From Octopus sinensis (lineage: Eukaryota), in NCBI RefSeq assembly GCF_006345805.1, contig NC_043002.1, positions 118,792,001 through 118,856,000 of the forward strand: 64,000 nt of DNA, given 5' to 3'. Numbering within the stretch: position 1 is the first letter of the stretch; the number at the start of each line of letters is the position of its first letter. This document shows positions 24,364 to 37,330 of the stretch, in pieces. A program made the translations under genes and the position numbers. The notes below the pieces were generated by a model, which did no database searches, was not told the origin of the DNA, and saw only the letters and a list, made by a program, of their open reading frames with translations.

Positions 24364-24644
24364 TGACGTATATTTGCCATTTAAATATGGCCAACCCCTA
24401 AGGGTGGATGCTACTGTAGTTTGTAGCACCAGGAGGACACCTCCTCCAGCTGGCTATAGACACACTTTCTGTGTCCTATCAGTATTTGCAAAGGGAGGCC
24501 AACCTCCCCCCCCCCTTTGCAAATACTGATAGGGCACAGAAAGTGTGTCTATAGCCAGCTGGAGGAGGTGTCCTCCTGGGGCTACAAACTATAGTCGCAT
24601 CCACCCTTAGGGGTTAGCCATATTTAAATGGCAAATATACGTCA
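24364..24644. repeat. long inverted repeat (132-bp arms, 17-bp spacer), sister subfamily of the hammerhead-element tail
   Basis: 24364-24495 vs 24513-24644, about 5 mismatches. Confidence 0.9.
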
Positions 24645-24851
24645 CGCTATTTATAACTCGCTCTGAGATTTATTAATACTTTAGTATGTTCTATAGAAAA
24701 TATATTTTCAAGCAGACTTTGTGGCTCATAAGTTAACAATGACACTTGTTACAATTGTTAAGTTTCCTGTTCTATTGAAGTTTTCAATTCTGAAGAAATA
24801 GAAGTATTTGAGAACCGGTAATTACTGATAAATACAGTATTTTGTAGAACC

Positions 24852-25252
24852 TTACTCTTTTACTTGTTTCAGTCATTTGACTGCGGCCATGCTGGAGCAC
24901 CGCCTTTAGTCGAGCAAATCGACCCTGGGACTTATTCTTTTGTAAGCCCAGTACTTATTCTATCAGTCTCTTTTGCCGAACCGCTAAGTGACGGGGACGT
25001 AAACACACCAGCATCGGTTGTCAAGCAATGCTAGGGGGACAAACACAGACACACAAACACACACACGCATACATATATATATATATATACGACGGGCTTC
25101 TTTCAGTTTCCGTCTACCAAATCCACTCACATGGCTTTGGTCGGCCTGAGGCTATAGCAGAAGACACTTGCCCAAGGTGCCACGCAGTGGGACTGAACCC
25201 GGAACCATGTGGTTGGTTAGCAAGCTACTTACCACACAGCCACTCCTGCGCC
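24852..25252 (-). mobile_element. SINE family A
   Basis: Complete family A consensus. Confidence 0.92.
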
Positions 25253-26605
25253 TGGTAAAAGATATCTGCTATGTTTGATGGAAAAAATGTGTTGCACCTT
25301 CTTTTTCACAGAAGGTGCAATATTTGAAGTATATTATAAACCTTGATGGTGAAAGGTATATATAGTAGAGGTAGGTATATAGTAGAGGTAGATCAAGGAA
25401 AACTTAGGTATTGATTAAATCGGATCATTGACCATTTCTTTACATTAAATGACACAGGAAGAGATACTGAATTTGTCGAATTGTCCACTGTATTCTTACA
25501 TAGAAAATGGTTATTGAACCAATGATGAAAGATAAGTGCTCGGAAGTGAAATCACAAACTAATGCCCTATACATTTCCCATTTTAGTGAACCGTAGAATT
25601 TTAAAAGTAATTTATGATTATTTCAGAACTCTTACACAGGTAAATAAAAAAAAAAATTGCTATTACTTGATTTGCTCATACCATACTTTTTACTAGTTGT
25701 TCAAGGTGCCTTTGTAGTCACAAGTATAGATACACTCTTCACTCTATCATCCTTGACCCAGTGAAACAGTGATGATAAAACAGCAAGAGAGAGAGAGAGA
25801 GAGAGAGAGCTGCCCCTGCGGTCAGCTGGATTCTTATTTTCAGCTGATTAGACTGGAGCAGTGTTAGTGACAGGAAGGCTATCCAGTCTCAGAAAATCCC
25901 TCCTAACAAACTCCATCTAATCTACGCAAAGCATGGAAAAGTGGGCATTAAATGATGGCAGTTCATTTCACAGTTCAGTTAAAATTCAGCTAAAACTATT
26001 GAATTCAACTAATTTGTAAATTCAATCCAATGATACCAGCTTTTGATTGTTCAGTAGTTATTTTGTAATAGTCTTCGATTGTTTTATGTTATATACTGGA
26101 CAGATATAACATATTATGCTTCAGTGCAACTTAGTACATTCCCAGTCCAGAACTGCTAATTATATACCTTTCATATTTCCTTAACAATTCAAAGGTCGAT
26201 GCACTCCAATAGATAATCAATAATACACATTAAAAGTTCTTTGAAATGTAATCAAAGCCACAATCAGCTTCTACTAATTATTTTTGTGTTTGCATGAAGC
26301 TGACTTCTAATTATTTTTGTTTTCCTGTTGATAGTATCTAGAGCAAAACTCATATTGACTTCTCTGTGTGGATAGCAACTGGAAGTTCTCGCATGACAGT
26401 GGCTAAATTGCAATCTCCTGAAATCTATTTTTGACAATATTTCACATCACTTCCATCATATTAACATTGTCTTTCTTCTTAGCACAGTAGCCATCTTGCT
26501 TATCTAGATACAGGTTCATAGTTTCTGATCAACTGAACTGCAAATGTCACTATTCCCATTATTGTTACTGTTCAGCTCTGCCATTCTAATATTTCATCTA
26601 TTGTA

Positions 26606-26820
26606 AGGTGGCAAGCTGGCAGAAACTCTAGCACACCAGGCAAAATGCTTAGCAGTATTTCATCTGTCTTTACATTCTGAGTTCAAATTCTGCCTAGGTC
26701 GACTTTGCCTTTCATCGTTTCAGGGTCAATAAATTAAGTACCAGTTGCGTACTGGGGTCGATCTAATTGACTGACCTCCTCCCGCAAAATTTCAGGCCTG
26801 TGCCTAGAGTAGAAAAGAAT
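26606..26820 (+). mobile_element. SINE family C
   Basis: Family C consensus; flanked by near-duplicated AATATTTCA.CTATTG. Confidence 0.85.
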
Positions 26821-27513
26821 ATTTCAGCTATTGTTAGTTTTAAATCTAATGTAAGTTGGAACAATTGAACAATCATTAATTTGCTTTTGCCTTGTCATTT
26901 TCTTTTTTTCATCTTTTTCTATTTTGTAGACATGATAGGATTAATGCATTCTTCAAAGCCATAAATAAATGATCCAATGGCCCTCATGAAGACTTTGTTA
27001 CCAGATAGTATATGTATTGAAAATGACTTTGTCAACTCAACTCATACGCATTATTTTTCACTCATGGTGGCCAAAATATATTGCAATTCTAAAGAGAGAG
27101 TGAAATAATTTGTTTTGAAAAATTTGCATGCAAGTGTGTGTGTGTGTATAAAAACTACAAATATCTACTGGCCAGACACTGATGCAAAAAATATAGCCAG
27201 TTATTCAACCATCAGAGATATCTATCAGTGAGTGGTCAACATTATTGATTTCTGTAAGTGAGAGGAATGTGAGATGTGGTTTTTGTTTCTATTTGTAGGT
27301 TATTAATAGCCAAATTAATGATTACGAGTAGGAATCAGACCTGTCTTACACTCAGATTACCAGAAGCTTACCACCTTCTCCACATTTTTCAGGATAATGT
27401 TGTTGTAAATATGATGGGCATGTCTGGAGTGCTTTTTTATCATAAGTCTGTTTGATCATGGTTACATGTGTGTTAAGAGAGCCTTTTACAGTATTGCCAC
27501 TTCAATTATACGT

Positions 27514-27898
27514 GGAGGCGCAATGGCCCAGTGGTTAGGGCAGCGGACTCGCGGTCGTAGGATCGCAGTTTCGATTCCCAGACCGGGTGTTGTGAGTGTT
27601 TATTGAGCGAAAACACCTAAAGCTCCACGAGGCTCCGGCAGGGGATGGTGGTGATCCCTGCTGTACTCTTTCACCACAACTTTCTCTCACTCTTACTTCC
27701 TGTTTCTGTTGTACCTGTATTTCAAAGGGCCGGCCTTGTCACTCTCTGTGTCACGCTGAATATCCCCGAGAACTATGTTAAGGGTACACGTGTCTGTGGA
27801 GTGCTCAGCCACTTACACGTTAATTTCACGAGCAGGCTGTTCCGTTGATTGGATTAACCGGAACCCTCGTCATTGGAACCGACGGAGTGCTTCCATCC
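27514..27898 (+). mobile_element. SINE family B, full length
   Basis: TSD CACTTCAATTATA. Confidence 0.92.
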
Positions 27899-28009
27899 AC
27901 TTCAATTATAGCTTTCTAAAATTTTGATTTTCCTCTGATTAGCAACATGTCTAACAAAATATGTGAGACTTAGAATACTAGAAAACAATATATATGCATA
28001 TATTCTTTT

Positions 28010-28280
28010 ATCCATTTACTTGTAACATTCAGTTGGCTGCAGCCATGCTGAGGGGATTTAGTCAAACAAATAGACCCCAGAATTTATTTTTTAAGCTTAG
28101 TACTCATTGTCTTGGTCTCTTTTGCTGAACCGCTAATTTACAGGGACGTAAACACACCAGCATCAGTTGTCAAGCGGTGATGGGTGGACAAACAAATATA
28201 CACACATACACAACAAGCCTCTTTCAGCTTCTATCTACCAAATTCGCTCACAGGAATTGGTCAGCCCGAGGCTATAGGTC
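28010..28280 (-). mobile_element. older, diverged family A-like SINE
   Basis: Diverged but collinear with family A; similar old copies at 31480-31835 and 44560-44880. Confidence 0.7.
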
Positions 28281-29130
28281 TGGACGTCATACAACTGCCA
28301 CCACAGAGGAAAACATTGATCATGTCCACCACATGGTGATGAGTGATAGGCGATTGACCATAAATCAAATAGCCAATGCTATTAGCATATCCTGTGAGGG
28401 AGTTGAGAATTTTCTCCACAATGAATTCAGCACGACAAAGGTTTCTGCTCAGTGGCTTCCATGTCTTCTGACACATGATCAAAAGTGCACCAGGCTGATC
28501 ATAGCACAGGAAAATCTGCTGGTTTCTTTGAACATTTCCTAATCCAGGATGAGTGGTGGGTTCATCACTTTGAGTCAGACAAAGAGACAATCCAATGGAG
28601 CCAATGAAGACCAGAGTAGTTTCATCTGCATGGGAGGTGATGGACTCAGGTTTTTGATGATAAAAGGGGCATTGTTTATTGACTATCTTCAACAGAGCCA
28701 CACCATCAATGGAGAATAATATGCCAGCTTGCTGAGGCAGTTACAAAAGGCTATCAATACCAAATCCACAGGAAAGCTGACAAAAGGGATCTTGATTCAT
28801 AAGGACAATACTCCAGCTGACAAGTTCTTGCTTTCGATGGCTGTTGTGCAAGATTGTGGCTTTGAACTGGTTGACCACCCTCCCTATTTTTTTGATTTGG
28901 CCCCATCTGACCATCATCTGTTCCGACTTGAAAAACACTTGACTGTGATGATGATATTATAACTGCTGTTGATGACTTTTTGACAGCAGGACCAAAGTTT
29001 CTTAACCAATGGGATCCAAGTGCTGCAACACTGATGGAAGAAGTGTATAGACTATGCTGAAGAAGAAAACTTTGGTCACATTCCATGAAAGTATCTTGGT
29101 CTAATTATCAGCTTTTCAGCTGACCCTGAT
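28280..29130 (+). mobile_element. mariner transposase pseudogene
   Basis: TTATTEENIDHVHHMVMSDRRLTINQIA..KVSAQWLP; WVHHFES; HKDNTPA; HPPYFFDLAPSDHHLF (WVP- and YSPDL-like motifs), with frameshifts. Confidence 0.88.
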
Positions 29131-29254
29131 TGATACATCAAGGCAATCTGTAATGTTTATTGGTCCCAAAATTCTCATGCAAAATTAGTCACAAGGTGGA
29201 TACTTGGGTTGTGTTTCATTGGCTGCATTCATTGGAGTATGGAATTTGTAGTTT

Positions 29255-29717
29255 TGTGATACCAGTGCCGGTGGCACATAAGAAAACCATCCGAACGTGG
29301 CCGTAGCCAGTACCGCATCAACTGGCCTCCGTGCTGGTGGCACGTAACAAACACCATCCGATCGTGGCCGTGCCAGCCTCGCCTGGCCTCCGTGTCGGTG
29401 GCACGTAAAAAAACACCATCCGAGCATGGCCGTTCGCCAGCCTCGTCTGGCACCTGTGTCGGTGGCACATAAAAAACACCAACCGAGCGTGGCCATTCGC
29501 CAGCCTCGTCTGGCACCTGTGTCGGTGGCACATAAAAAGCACCCACTACACTCACGGAGTGGTTGGCTTTAGGAAGGGCATCCAGCTGTAGAAACACTGC
29601 CAGATCTGACTGGCCTGGTGCAGCCTTCGGGCTTCCCAGACCCCAGTTGAACCGTCCAACCCATGCTAGCATGGAAAGCGAACGTTAAACGATGATGATG
29701 ATGATGATGATGATGAT
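29255..29717 (+). mobile_element. RTE 3' UTR (D) with about 4.5 tandem units
   Basis: Longest unit array in the window plus conserved tail and (GAT)n. Confidence 0.85.
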
Positions 29718-30044
29718 TGTAGACCCTGTGTAACCATGCTCTGATCTGATATTCAATCTTTGGCTGACATGTTGGTGGCCTTTAGAATGGGTAAGAATGA
29801 CAGGTTTTTAAGACATCATCACTATTTGTAGAAACCTTGAGAGAGGAGCTATGATCTTGAGTATGACAATGTATTCCATGCATTTTCTGGCCGCAACAAG
29901 TCTGCTTTTAACAACAGGGCCACTTTGACAGGCCTAATCTATGAAGACATCAGAGACATTTGTGAATCAGGGTAACCATATGTTTCATTAGTGAGATGTC
30001 AGCAAAGACACTTTGAAGAAGCTTGAAAGACTAATTGTTAACCA

Positions 30045-30350
30045 GCACTTCGTCAGCTCCGATGATGAGGGTTCCAGTTAATCTGATCACTGGAACAGCC
30101 TGCTCACAGAATAATGTGCAAGTGGCTGAGCACTCCACAGACATGTGTACCCTTAACATAGTTCTCAAGGATGTTCAAGATGACACAAGGTGATAAGGCT
30201 GGCCCTTTGAAATAGAAGTACTACTCATTTTTGCCAGATGAATGGACTGAAGCAGTGTAAAATAGTGTGTCTTGCTCAAGGACACAACATGCTGCCAAAT
30301 ATTTGAACTTACAATCATGATCCAAACACCCTAACCACTTAGTCATGCAT
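30045..30350 (-). mobile_element. older SINE sharing the family B 3' tail but with a different CORE-like body
   Basis: 30050-30210 aligns to the family B tail; 30225-30290 reads TGTGTCCTTGAGCAAGACAC..TTCAGTCCATTCATCTGGCAAAAATGAGT on the reverse strand. Confidence 0.65.
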
Positions 30351-30720
30351 CCTCACTCAGAGTGATTGTTAACAGGTAGGGAAATAATACTCTGTTGAAC
30401 CCTGTAAATAAGACAAGGAAAAAATTCTTTTATCAAATGGATTAAGCAATGGATAAACTGCCAACCACTAGTGAGGTATTGTTTGACCATGTCTGGAGAG
30501 CAGTTTATCAGTAAGCTCTGGACAGCTAGTGGGCTATTCTCTACTGAATTTTGCTTGAACCAAGTATTAGTCATGGAACCACTGAGGTTCACAATTCCAG
30601 ATTTTTTCTGAGCATACAGGGAATTAATTAAATGTTTCTGCGATGCATCTGTTCAACACTTTGAAAGTGCAATTGTTCTCCAGTGTTTCAGATGTCACAA
30701 AACACTACCACATACTTGGT

Positions 30721-31137
30721 TACTCTCTTTTTACTCTCTTTTACTGGTTTCAGTCATTTGACTGCGGCCATGCTGGAGCACCGCCTTTAGTTGAGCAAAT
30801 CGACCCCGGGACTTATTCTTTGTAAGCCCAGTACTTATTCTATTGGTCTCTTTTGCCGAACCGCTAAGTGATGGGGACGTAAACACACCAGCATCGGTTG
30901 TCAAGCAATGCTAGGGGAACAAACACAGACATACAAACACACACACATACATATACATATATATACATATATATGACGGGCTTCTTTCAGTTTCCATCTA
31001 CCAAATCCACTCACAAGGCATTGGTCGGCCCAGGGCTATAGCAGAAGACACTTGCCCAAGATGCCATGCAGTGGGACTGAACCCAGAACCATGTGGTTGG
31101 TTAGCAAGCTACTTACCACACAGCCACTCCTGCGCCT
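30721..31137 (-). mobile_element. SINE family A
   Basis: Complete family A consensus. Confidence 0.92.
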
Positions 31138-32130
31138 AAAGTTAGAAACTTTAGCTGTTAATATACAATTTTTTTTTTTTACTTAGAAATAAAATACTGT
31201 CTGTAAAATATAAATTATTTTCGTTGTTCAAATAAATACACTTGACACTTGCATTTCAGAGGCTTCTTAAGTTAAAATAATAATAATTAATTAATATAAT
31301 TTTGAATGTATATATTTGGAAATATATCATCCTACATCAAAGAGAAAGGCATGCATATTATCAATATTCATAATTAATATAACTGATTAAACATATTCTA
31401 ATTAACATTACATTGTACAAAGCATACAGCTGTTCTATCTTGAGCAGTGCTGGTTCTCTCATATACACAATACATATTTTTATCTTTTACTTGTTTCAGT
31501 TATTGGACTGTGGCTTTGTGGAGCATTGCTTGACGGGTTCGGTCAGACAGATCAACCCCATTACTTATTTTTTTAAACCTGGTACCTATTCAGTTAGTCT
31601 CTTTTTGCTGAACCACTAGGTTACAGAGATGTAAACAAACTAACACTGGTTGTCAAGCTGTGGTGTGAGACAAATATACACATATGTATATGGTAGGCTT
31701 CTTTTAGTTTCTGCCTACCAAATTTTCTCACAAGGTTTTGATTGGCCCAGGATTATAGAAGAAAACATTTGTTGTCCAATGGGACTGAACCAGGAACCAT
31801 GTGATTGGGAAGCAAATTTCTCACCACTCAGTCACACCTAATACCATAAACATAGCAGATGTGTGGTGCTATGTGCCCTGGGGAGGGTATGTCAAGTGCA
31901 GGGAGTGGTTTTTGATGAGAGTGATGAAGAAACTTGAAGGCACATTATTTCCATTGGGATCATATTGGACTTCAGTAATGAGATTCCATTTGAGTGAAAT
32001 TTAGAAGCTACATTGAGCAAGTCCTCAGTTACACAGATGTACTTTGGGTAACAATATAAATAGGATGTAGCCTCACTACCACTTTGCAAAAGACTATATA
32101 ACTGTACAAACCCATTTGCAAAACTGGAGT

Positions 32131-32364
32131 TTAACCCTTTGGAGACCAACACACTTGTGACCACCCCTAGTCCTAGGATATTAATATACTATTTTATAGT
32201 CATCTAAATGAAAACCTTCCTTCAAAATTTTGTGTCAATTTATATTTCAAACACCAGCTTAATAATAGCAGTTATTTCACTAAAAGTTTTTTTTTTTTAA
32301 TTTTCAAAATGAATTGAAACAAAACAGTGTATTTTTAACAGGAATATAGTAATAAAATGGTTAA
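32131..32364. mobile_element. piggyBac-type MITE, third family, degraded right end
   Basis: TTAACCCTTT start; AAAATGGTTAA end. Confidence 0.55.
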
Positions 32365-32560
32365 CATTTCAGAAATGCAAAACCTGTAACTTGTTTCCAA
32401 CCAATCAGTTGTCCAGCTATGCTGGAAATCTGATGGAACAGATTTGATCAGACCTTTTCAACATAAGCAAATAACAATTTCAGAGTTAATATGTCAATGA
32501 GAATTGATATGTAACTGTTAAAATATACTAATTCTACCCTGTGGATGTTTTATCAATGAA

Positions 32561-32905
32561 CTAGCAGTATCGCCCAGCGTTGCTCGGGTTTGTAAGGGAA
32601 ATAACTATATAAGCATTTTTAGAGATGTAAAGTATAATAGCCATCTCAATATGGCTAACCACAAAGTGGGGGTGTTACTGTAGCTTTTTATGTTCTGAGA
32701 TTTAATAATAAATTTTTAGAGAGTTACTTCCCTTATATATGCCAAAAATGCATTAAAAATGGGAAAAATTGATGGTAAATTTTTTTTTAAATCGTAGACT
32801 CATCGTAGACGGTTTTGGTTAAACTGCACCGCAAAATGTGGGAGTAGTTAGGAATCTAAATCGTAGGAGACAGACAGCACACAACCTTACTTTTATTTAT
32901 AAAGA
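32561..32905 (-). mobile_element. non-autonomous Helitron H1 carrying the extra ~100-bp module, internally deleted
   Basis: A|TC...hairpin-CTAG|T termini; contains GCCATCTCAATATGGCTAACCAC. Confidence 0.85.
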
Positions 32906-33304
32906 TATCATTTAGATATTATGAATGTTAGTTAAATCATTGGCTATGATGAAAAGAAATTTGCTTTCTAGTCAGTCACATCAGAAGTTCAGAAATGACA
33001 GAAAAGCCAGGAATAAAAGAATAAACATTTGAAACAAGTGAAAACAACAAAGAAAATATTTCAGAACCATGCCACAGCTGGATTTGACTATTCCTGAGAT
33101 TAGTATGCATTATACACCTGACATAATCTGATTAGTGAAACCACTGTTTTACAGCTGGTGTACAATGTAGTTTCAAGTGTTGGCAATATTGAGCTGTGGT
33201 GGCTTCAGATTGCTAATATTTATAGCATTAACCCTTTTGGTAAATGCTAACAACTTTGATGAACATCTTGGATGACTTCAAGAATTACCTTAATGTAGCT
33301 CAGT

Positions 33305-33684
33305 GGAGGCGCAATGGCCCAGTAGTTAGGGCAGCGGACTCACGGTCGTTGGATCGCGGTTTCGATTCCCAGACCAGGCGTTGTGAGTGTTTATTGAGCG
33401 AAAACACCTAAAGCTCCACGAGGCTCCGGCAGGGGATGGTGGTGATCCCTGCTGTACTCTTTCACCACAACTTTCTCTCACGCTTACTTCCTGTTTCTGT
33501 TGTACCTGTATTTCAAAGGGCCGGCCTTGTCACTCTCTGTGTCACACTGAATATCCCTGAGAACTACGTTAAGGGTACACGTGTCTGTGGAGTGCTCAGC
33601 CACTTACACGTTAATTTCACGAGCAGGCTGTTCCGTTGATCGGATCAACCGGAACCCTCATCGTCGTAACCAACGGAGTGCTCC
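33305..33684 (+). mobile_element. SINE family B, full length
   Basis: TSD TAATGTAGCTCAG. Confidence 0.92.
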
Positions 33685-33851
33685 TACCTAATGTAGCTCA
33701 GATTGAGTTATATAAAACTTAGTGATGCCATCACTGAAATATGAAGTACCAACCACTATAATAATTTTGATGAATCTGTCTGCCTGTAACAAACTTCCAG
33801 TATGGTTTGCAACTGCCTCCTTCTCTCTTGCTCTGTCCTTGTGTATGTATA

Positions 33852-33895
<44 letters not shown>

Positions 33896-34009
33896 ATACG
33901 TGATCTCAATACAAAGAAGCTGCTCCTTCTTTTTAAAAAAGTAAGTCTTATTGCAAAAGAAAAAGCAGCTGATAAATCTCCAATGAGAACTTCTAGTTGT
34001 CAGCATCAT

Positions 34010-34790
34010 CATCATCTTCCTTTAACGTCTTTTTTCAATGCTGGCATGGATTTGATGGTTTGAACAGAGCTGGCAAGCCAGTGAGTTACACCAGGTTCCA
34101 GTCTGATTTGGCTTAGTTTCTACAGATGGATACCCTTCCTAATGCCTACCACTTTACAGTGTGTGCTGGGTACTTTTAATGTGGAACTAGCATGAGTGCT
34201 TTTTATGTGGCACTGGCACATATGCTCTTTACATGGCACCAACATGTGTGCTTTCTACATGGCACCGGCACAGAACTCTTGCAGGCCAATCCTCTTCACC
34301 AGGAGATGTGACCTTGAAATTTCTGCTGTGAAGAAGGAGTCTTCTTGAGCACAGCAAGGCACCAGGTATCTCAGTCCTTAGTCATCTTTTATAAAAAGTT
34401 CAGTATCTTGAGGTTCTTTCAGTACTTCATCCCAAGTCTTCTTGAGTTTCTCTCTTCCACAAGTTCCATCTACTCTGAGAGAACAGCACTTCTTTAACCC
34501 TTTAGTGTTCACATTATTCTGCCAAAATTAATCCTTTTTTATCCACATTGTTTCGAACTAATCATGGATTATCTTGTAGATATGAGATTTTGATGAGGTA
34601 GTTGTTAATTTTTAAAACGATATTGTAGGGTTGGTGTGAGAGACCAGATCTGGCCAGTTTGAACATAAAATAGGCAGAATACTTTTGGCCGGATATGGCC
34701 GGTTTGAATGCTAAAGGGTTAAGAGCTATCTGCATCACATGACCAAACCAGCATAGTCTTCTCTCTTGCACACAGCAACTAATTCCTCTG
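34010..34790 (-). mobile_element. older RTE LINE 3' end with D-type UTR; MITE nested at 34494-34722
   Basis: REKSGIRGISCCVQERRLCWFGHVM..KKCCSLRVDGTCGRERLKKTWDEV, then a UTR with GGCAC..AAAAAGCAC units and the D-type tail. Confidence 0.8.
34494..34722. mobile_element. piggyBac-type MITE, second family
   Basis: TTAACCCTTTAGTGTT...CTAAAGGGTTAA; related copy at 50257-50483. Confidence 0.85.
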
Positions 34791-35377
34791 ATGCCTGACT
34801 TCTCTCTCAAAACACTAGCACTCTTTCACACATGTACACTTACATCAGACATCCAGTGGAGCATACTAGCCTCATTCCTCCCTAAACTTCTCACGTCCCC
34901 TACATTCAGAGTCCACATCTCACTACCATGCATCATACAATCTTCCTTTCACTCTGAGAGAGAAACCTTTGCTTGCCAGCAGAGGTAAGAGCTCTTTGAA
35001 TTTTTTCCATCCTTTTCTCATTCTAGCTATTACACCATCCATACATCCACCCCACTACTAATTTGGTCCCCTAGTTTACAGAAATTATCCACTACCTCTA
35101 AAAAACATCTGGGTCATTTCAGAAAATTGATTTCCTGAGTATCTATTGTTTTTATGGATCTTGTCCATCTTCTACATATGAATACTACTTTCTCTGGTAA
35201 CCTTCCTATTATTCCACTGCACCTCTTGTGTGTCCATAGCTTGCACTGGATACACAGTATAGAATTTCTGCCTACAGTCCTCTGTCCCCTTCTCTTTACA
35301 ATTGTCCTCCACTCCTCCTCCTCCTCCTTCTGTATAATTCATATGAGTATGTTTGTGTGTGTGTGTGTAAAGGATAG

Positions 35378-35760
35378 GGAAGCACTCCGTCGGTTACAAC
35401 GACGAGGGTTCCGGTTGATCCGAATCAACGGAACAGCCTGCTCGTGAAATTAACGTGTAAGTGGCTGAGCACTCCACAGACACGTGCACCCTTAACGTAG
35501 TTCTCGGGGATATTCAGCGTGACACAGAGAGTGACAAGGCCGGCCCTTTGAAATACAGGTACAACAGAAACAGGAAGTAAGAGTGAGAGAAAGTTGTGGT
35601 GAAAGAGTACAGCAGGGATCACCACCATCCCCTGCTGGAGCCTCGTAGAGCTTTAGGTGTTTTTGCTCAATAAACACTCACAACGCCCGGTCTGGGAATC
35701 GGAACCGTGATCCTATGACTGCGAGTCCGCTGCCCTAACCACTGGGCCATTGCGCCTCCA
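35378..35760 (-). mobile_element. SINE family B, full length
   Basis: TSD GTGTAAAGGATA. Confidence 0.92.
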
Positions 35761-37021
35761 CGTGTAAAGGATAAGGTATAAGAAGAGAATAATTGTTGTG
35801 ACCTACATAAGAGTAATAAAAGTTTTGCTTTATTTCTCTTTAAACTTGATATTTTTATTGTTCAGGTCTTTTGCAATCGTGATTTGGTGATTTCCTTAAA
35901 ATTTCATTGATCTCCTAACTAACTTTTAATCCTTGTTTATAAAAACACCACTTAATATTTCAAAACTTGGGGGAAATTCATTTGTTTTGCGTAGCTGCAA
36001 CAGCTTTACTTGGAATTAACTTATCAAAACACTATGAGAATAACATATGCTATAATATAAAAGTATTTATATGAGAAATTATGTTTTACTTCTTTGGACA
36101 ATTAATAGATCTTGTAAACACATTCAAGTATCCACTTTGATAATCATCTGACCTTGCTATAAAGAATTATTTGTTATTACTTTAGTAATTGACTTGCAAA
36201 AAAAAAAAAGAAAAATGCAAATTGAAAACTTGATCATATTCTTTCTTTACTAACCATTTTAATTCTAAGTATTTATATTGGTTTAGTAATATTTTATCAC
36301 ATTACTGAATAAATGACATTCTATAATGAGTTAATTAAAATATAATTTAGAGTTAAGTAGTAACAAGTGTAATTGATATCAACCAAACAAATTATATTTT
36401 CAATTTTGCTCAGAATTGAAACAACAGTCTTTCTGTTTGCTAATAATTATTTTTTTAATAAGCCCACAGGTTATATGCCTGTTTAGACTGTGATTCTATG
36501 TGTATCACCAGCTGAGATATCACTGTTGTCTCTAGCCCCAAGTGTCTACCATTGATAGAGCCAAAGAACTACACCCTCCCCCCTCCCTGATGCTGGTGTG
36601 AAGAACTGCAAAATTTCCTCTGGACTAGTAAACCTGTTAATTAATATGAGAGTGCTTCCAAATGTATAATAGTTCCAAATACTGAGAACCTTTACCACAC
36701 TACTGTTCTAAATCAATACAATATTGGATTAAAATTTTGGCACAAGGCCAGCAATTTTAGGGGAAGGTTAAGTCCATTATATCAACCTCAATCTACTTCA
36801 TGAATCTGGCCATGATATGTCTGTATGTTTGTGTATTATTGATATACAAATGTATAATTTTGAGAAATAAAAATCATACTGTTATCTTTGTAACAAATAA
36901 TATAAACAATGTGTTTGAAGTCTTATATGGCACAAAAATGATTCACATCCAACAAATTGGTTGCCAACTTACTGATTCATTTCTTAGACAATGCTGGATG
37001 TAATATAGTATATTCTAACAA

Positions 37022-37330
37022 TTCATCATCATCATCATCATCATCATTGTTTAATGTTCATTTTCCATGCTGGCATGGGTTGGACGGTTTGAGTGAGGAC
37101 TGGCAAGCCAGGAGGCTGCACCAGGCTCCAATCTGATCTGGCAAGGTTCTGCAGCTGGATGCCCTTCCTAACGACAACCACTTTGTGAGTGTAGAGGGTG
37201 TTTTTATGTGCCACCAGCACGAGAGCCAGTCAGGCAGCACTGGTATCAACTCACGTTTGGCTGGTGCTTATTGCATGCCACCAGCACGGGTGTCACTCAG
37301 GTGGCACTGGCATCAGCCACAGCTGCAATT
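37022..37330 (-). mobile_element. RTE 3' UTR (D), older variant
   Basis: (CAT)n plus reverse D tail and eroded units. Confidence 0.75.

Noticed and set aside
21200-26975. Plus-strand gene model (donor 21432, acceptors 21975, 25457, 26930)
   Set aside because: The putative first exon lies in a mobile insert within a SINE, and downstream frames close quickly; at most a TE-driven non-coding transcript.
30350-32130. Coding-like fragments on the minus strand (30353-30592, 31860-32130)
   Set aside because: Multiple stops and no recognisable motif; probably very old LINE debris, but not supportable.
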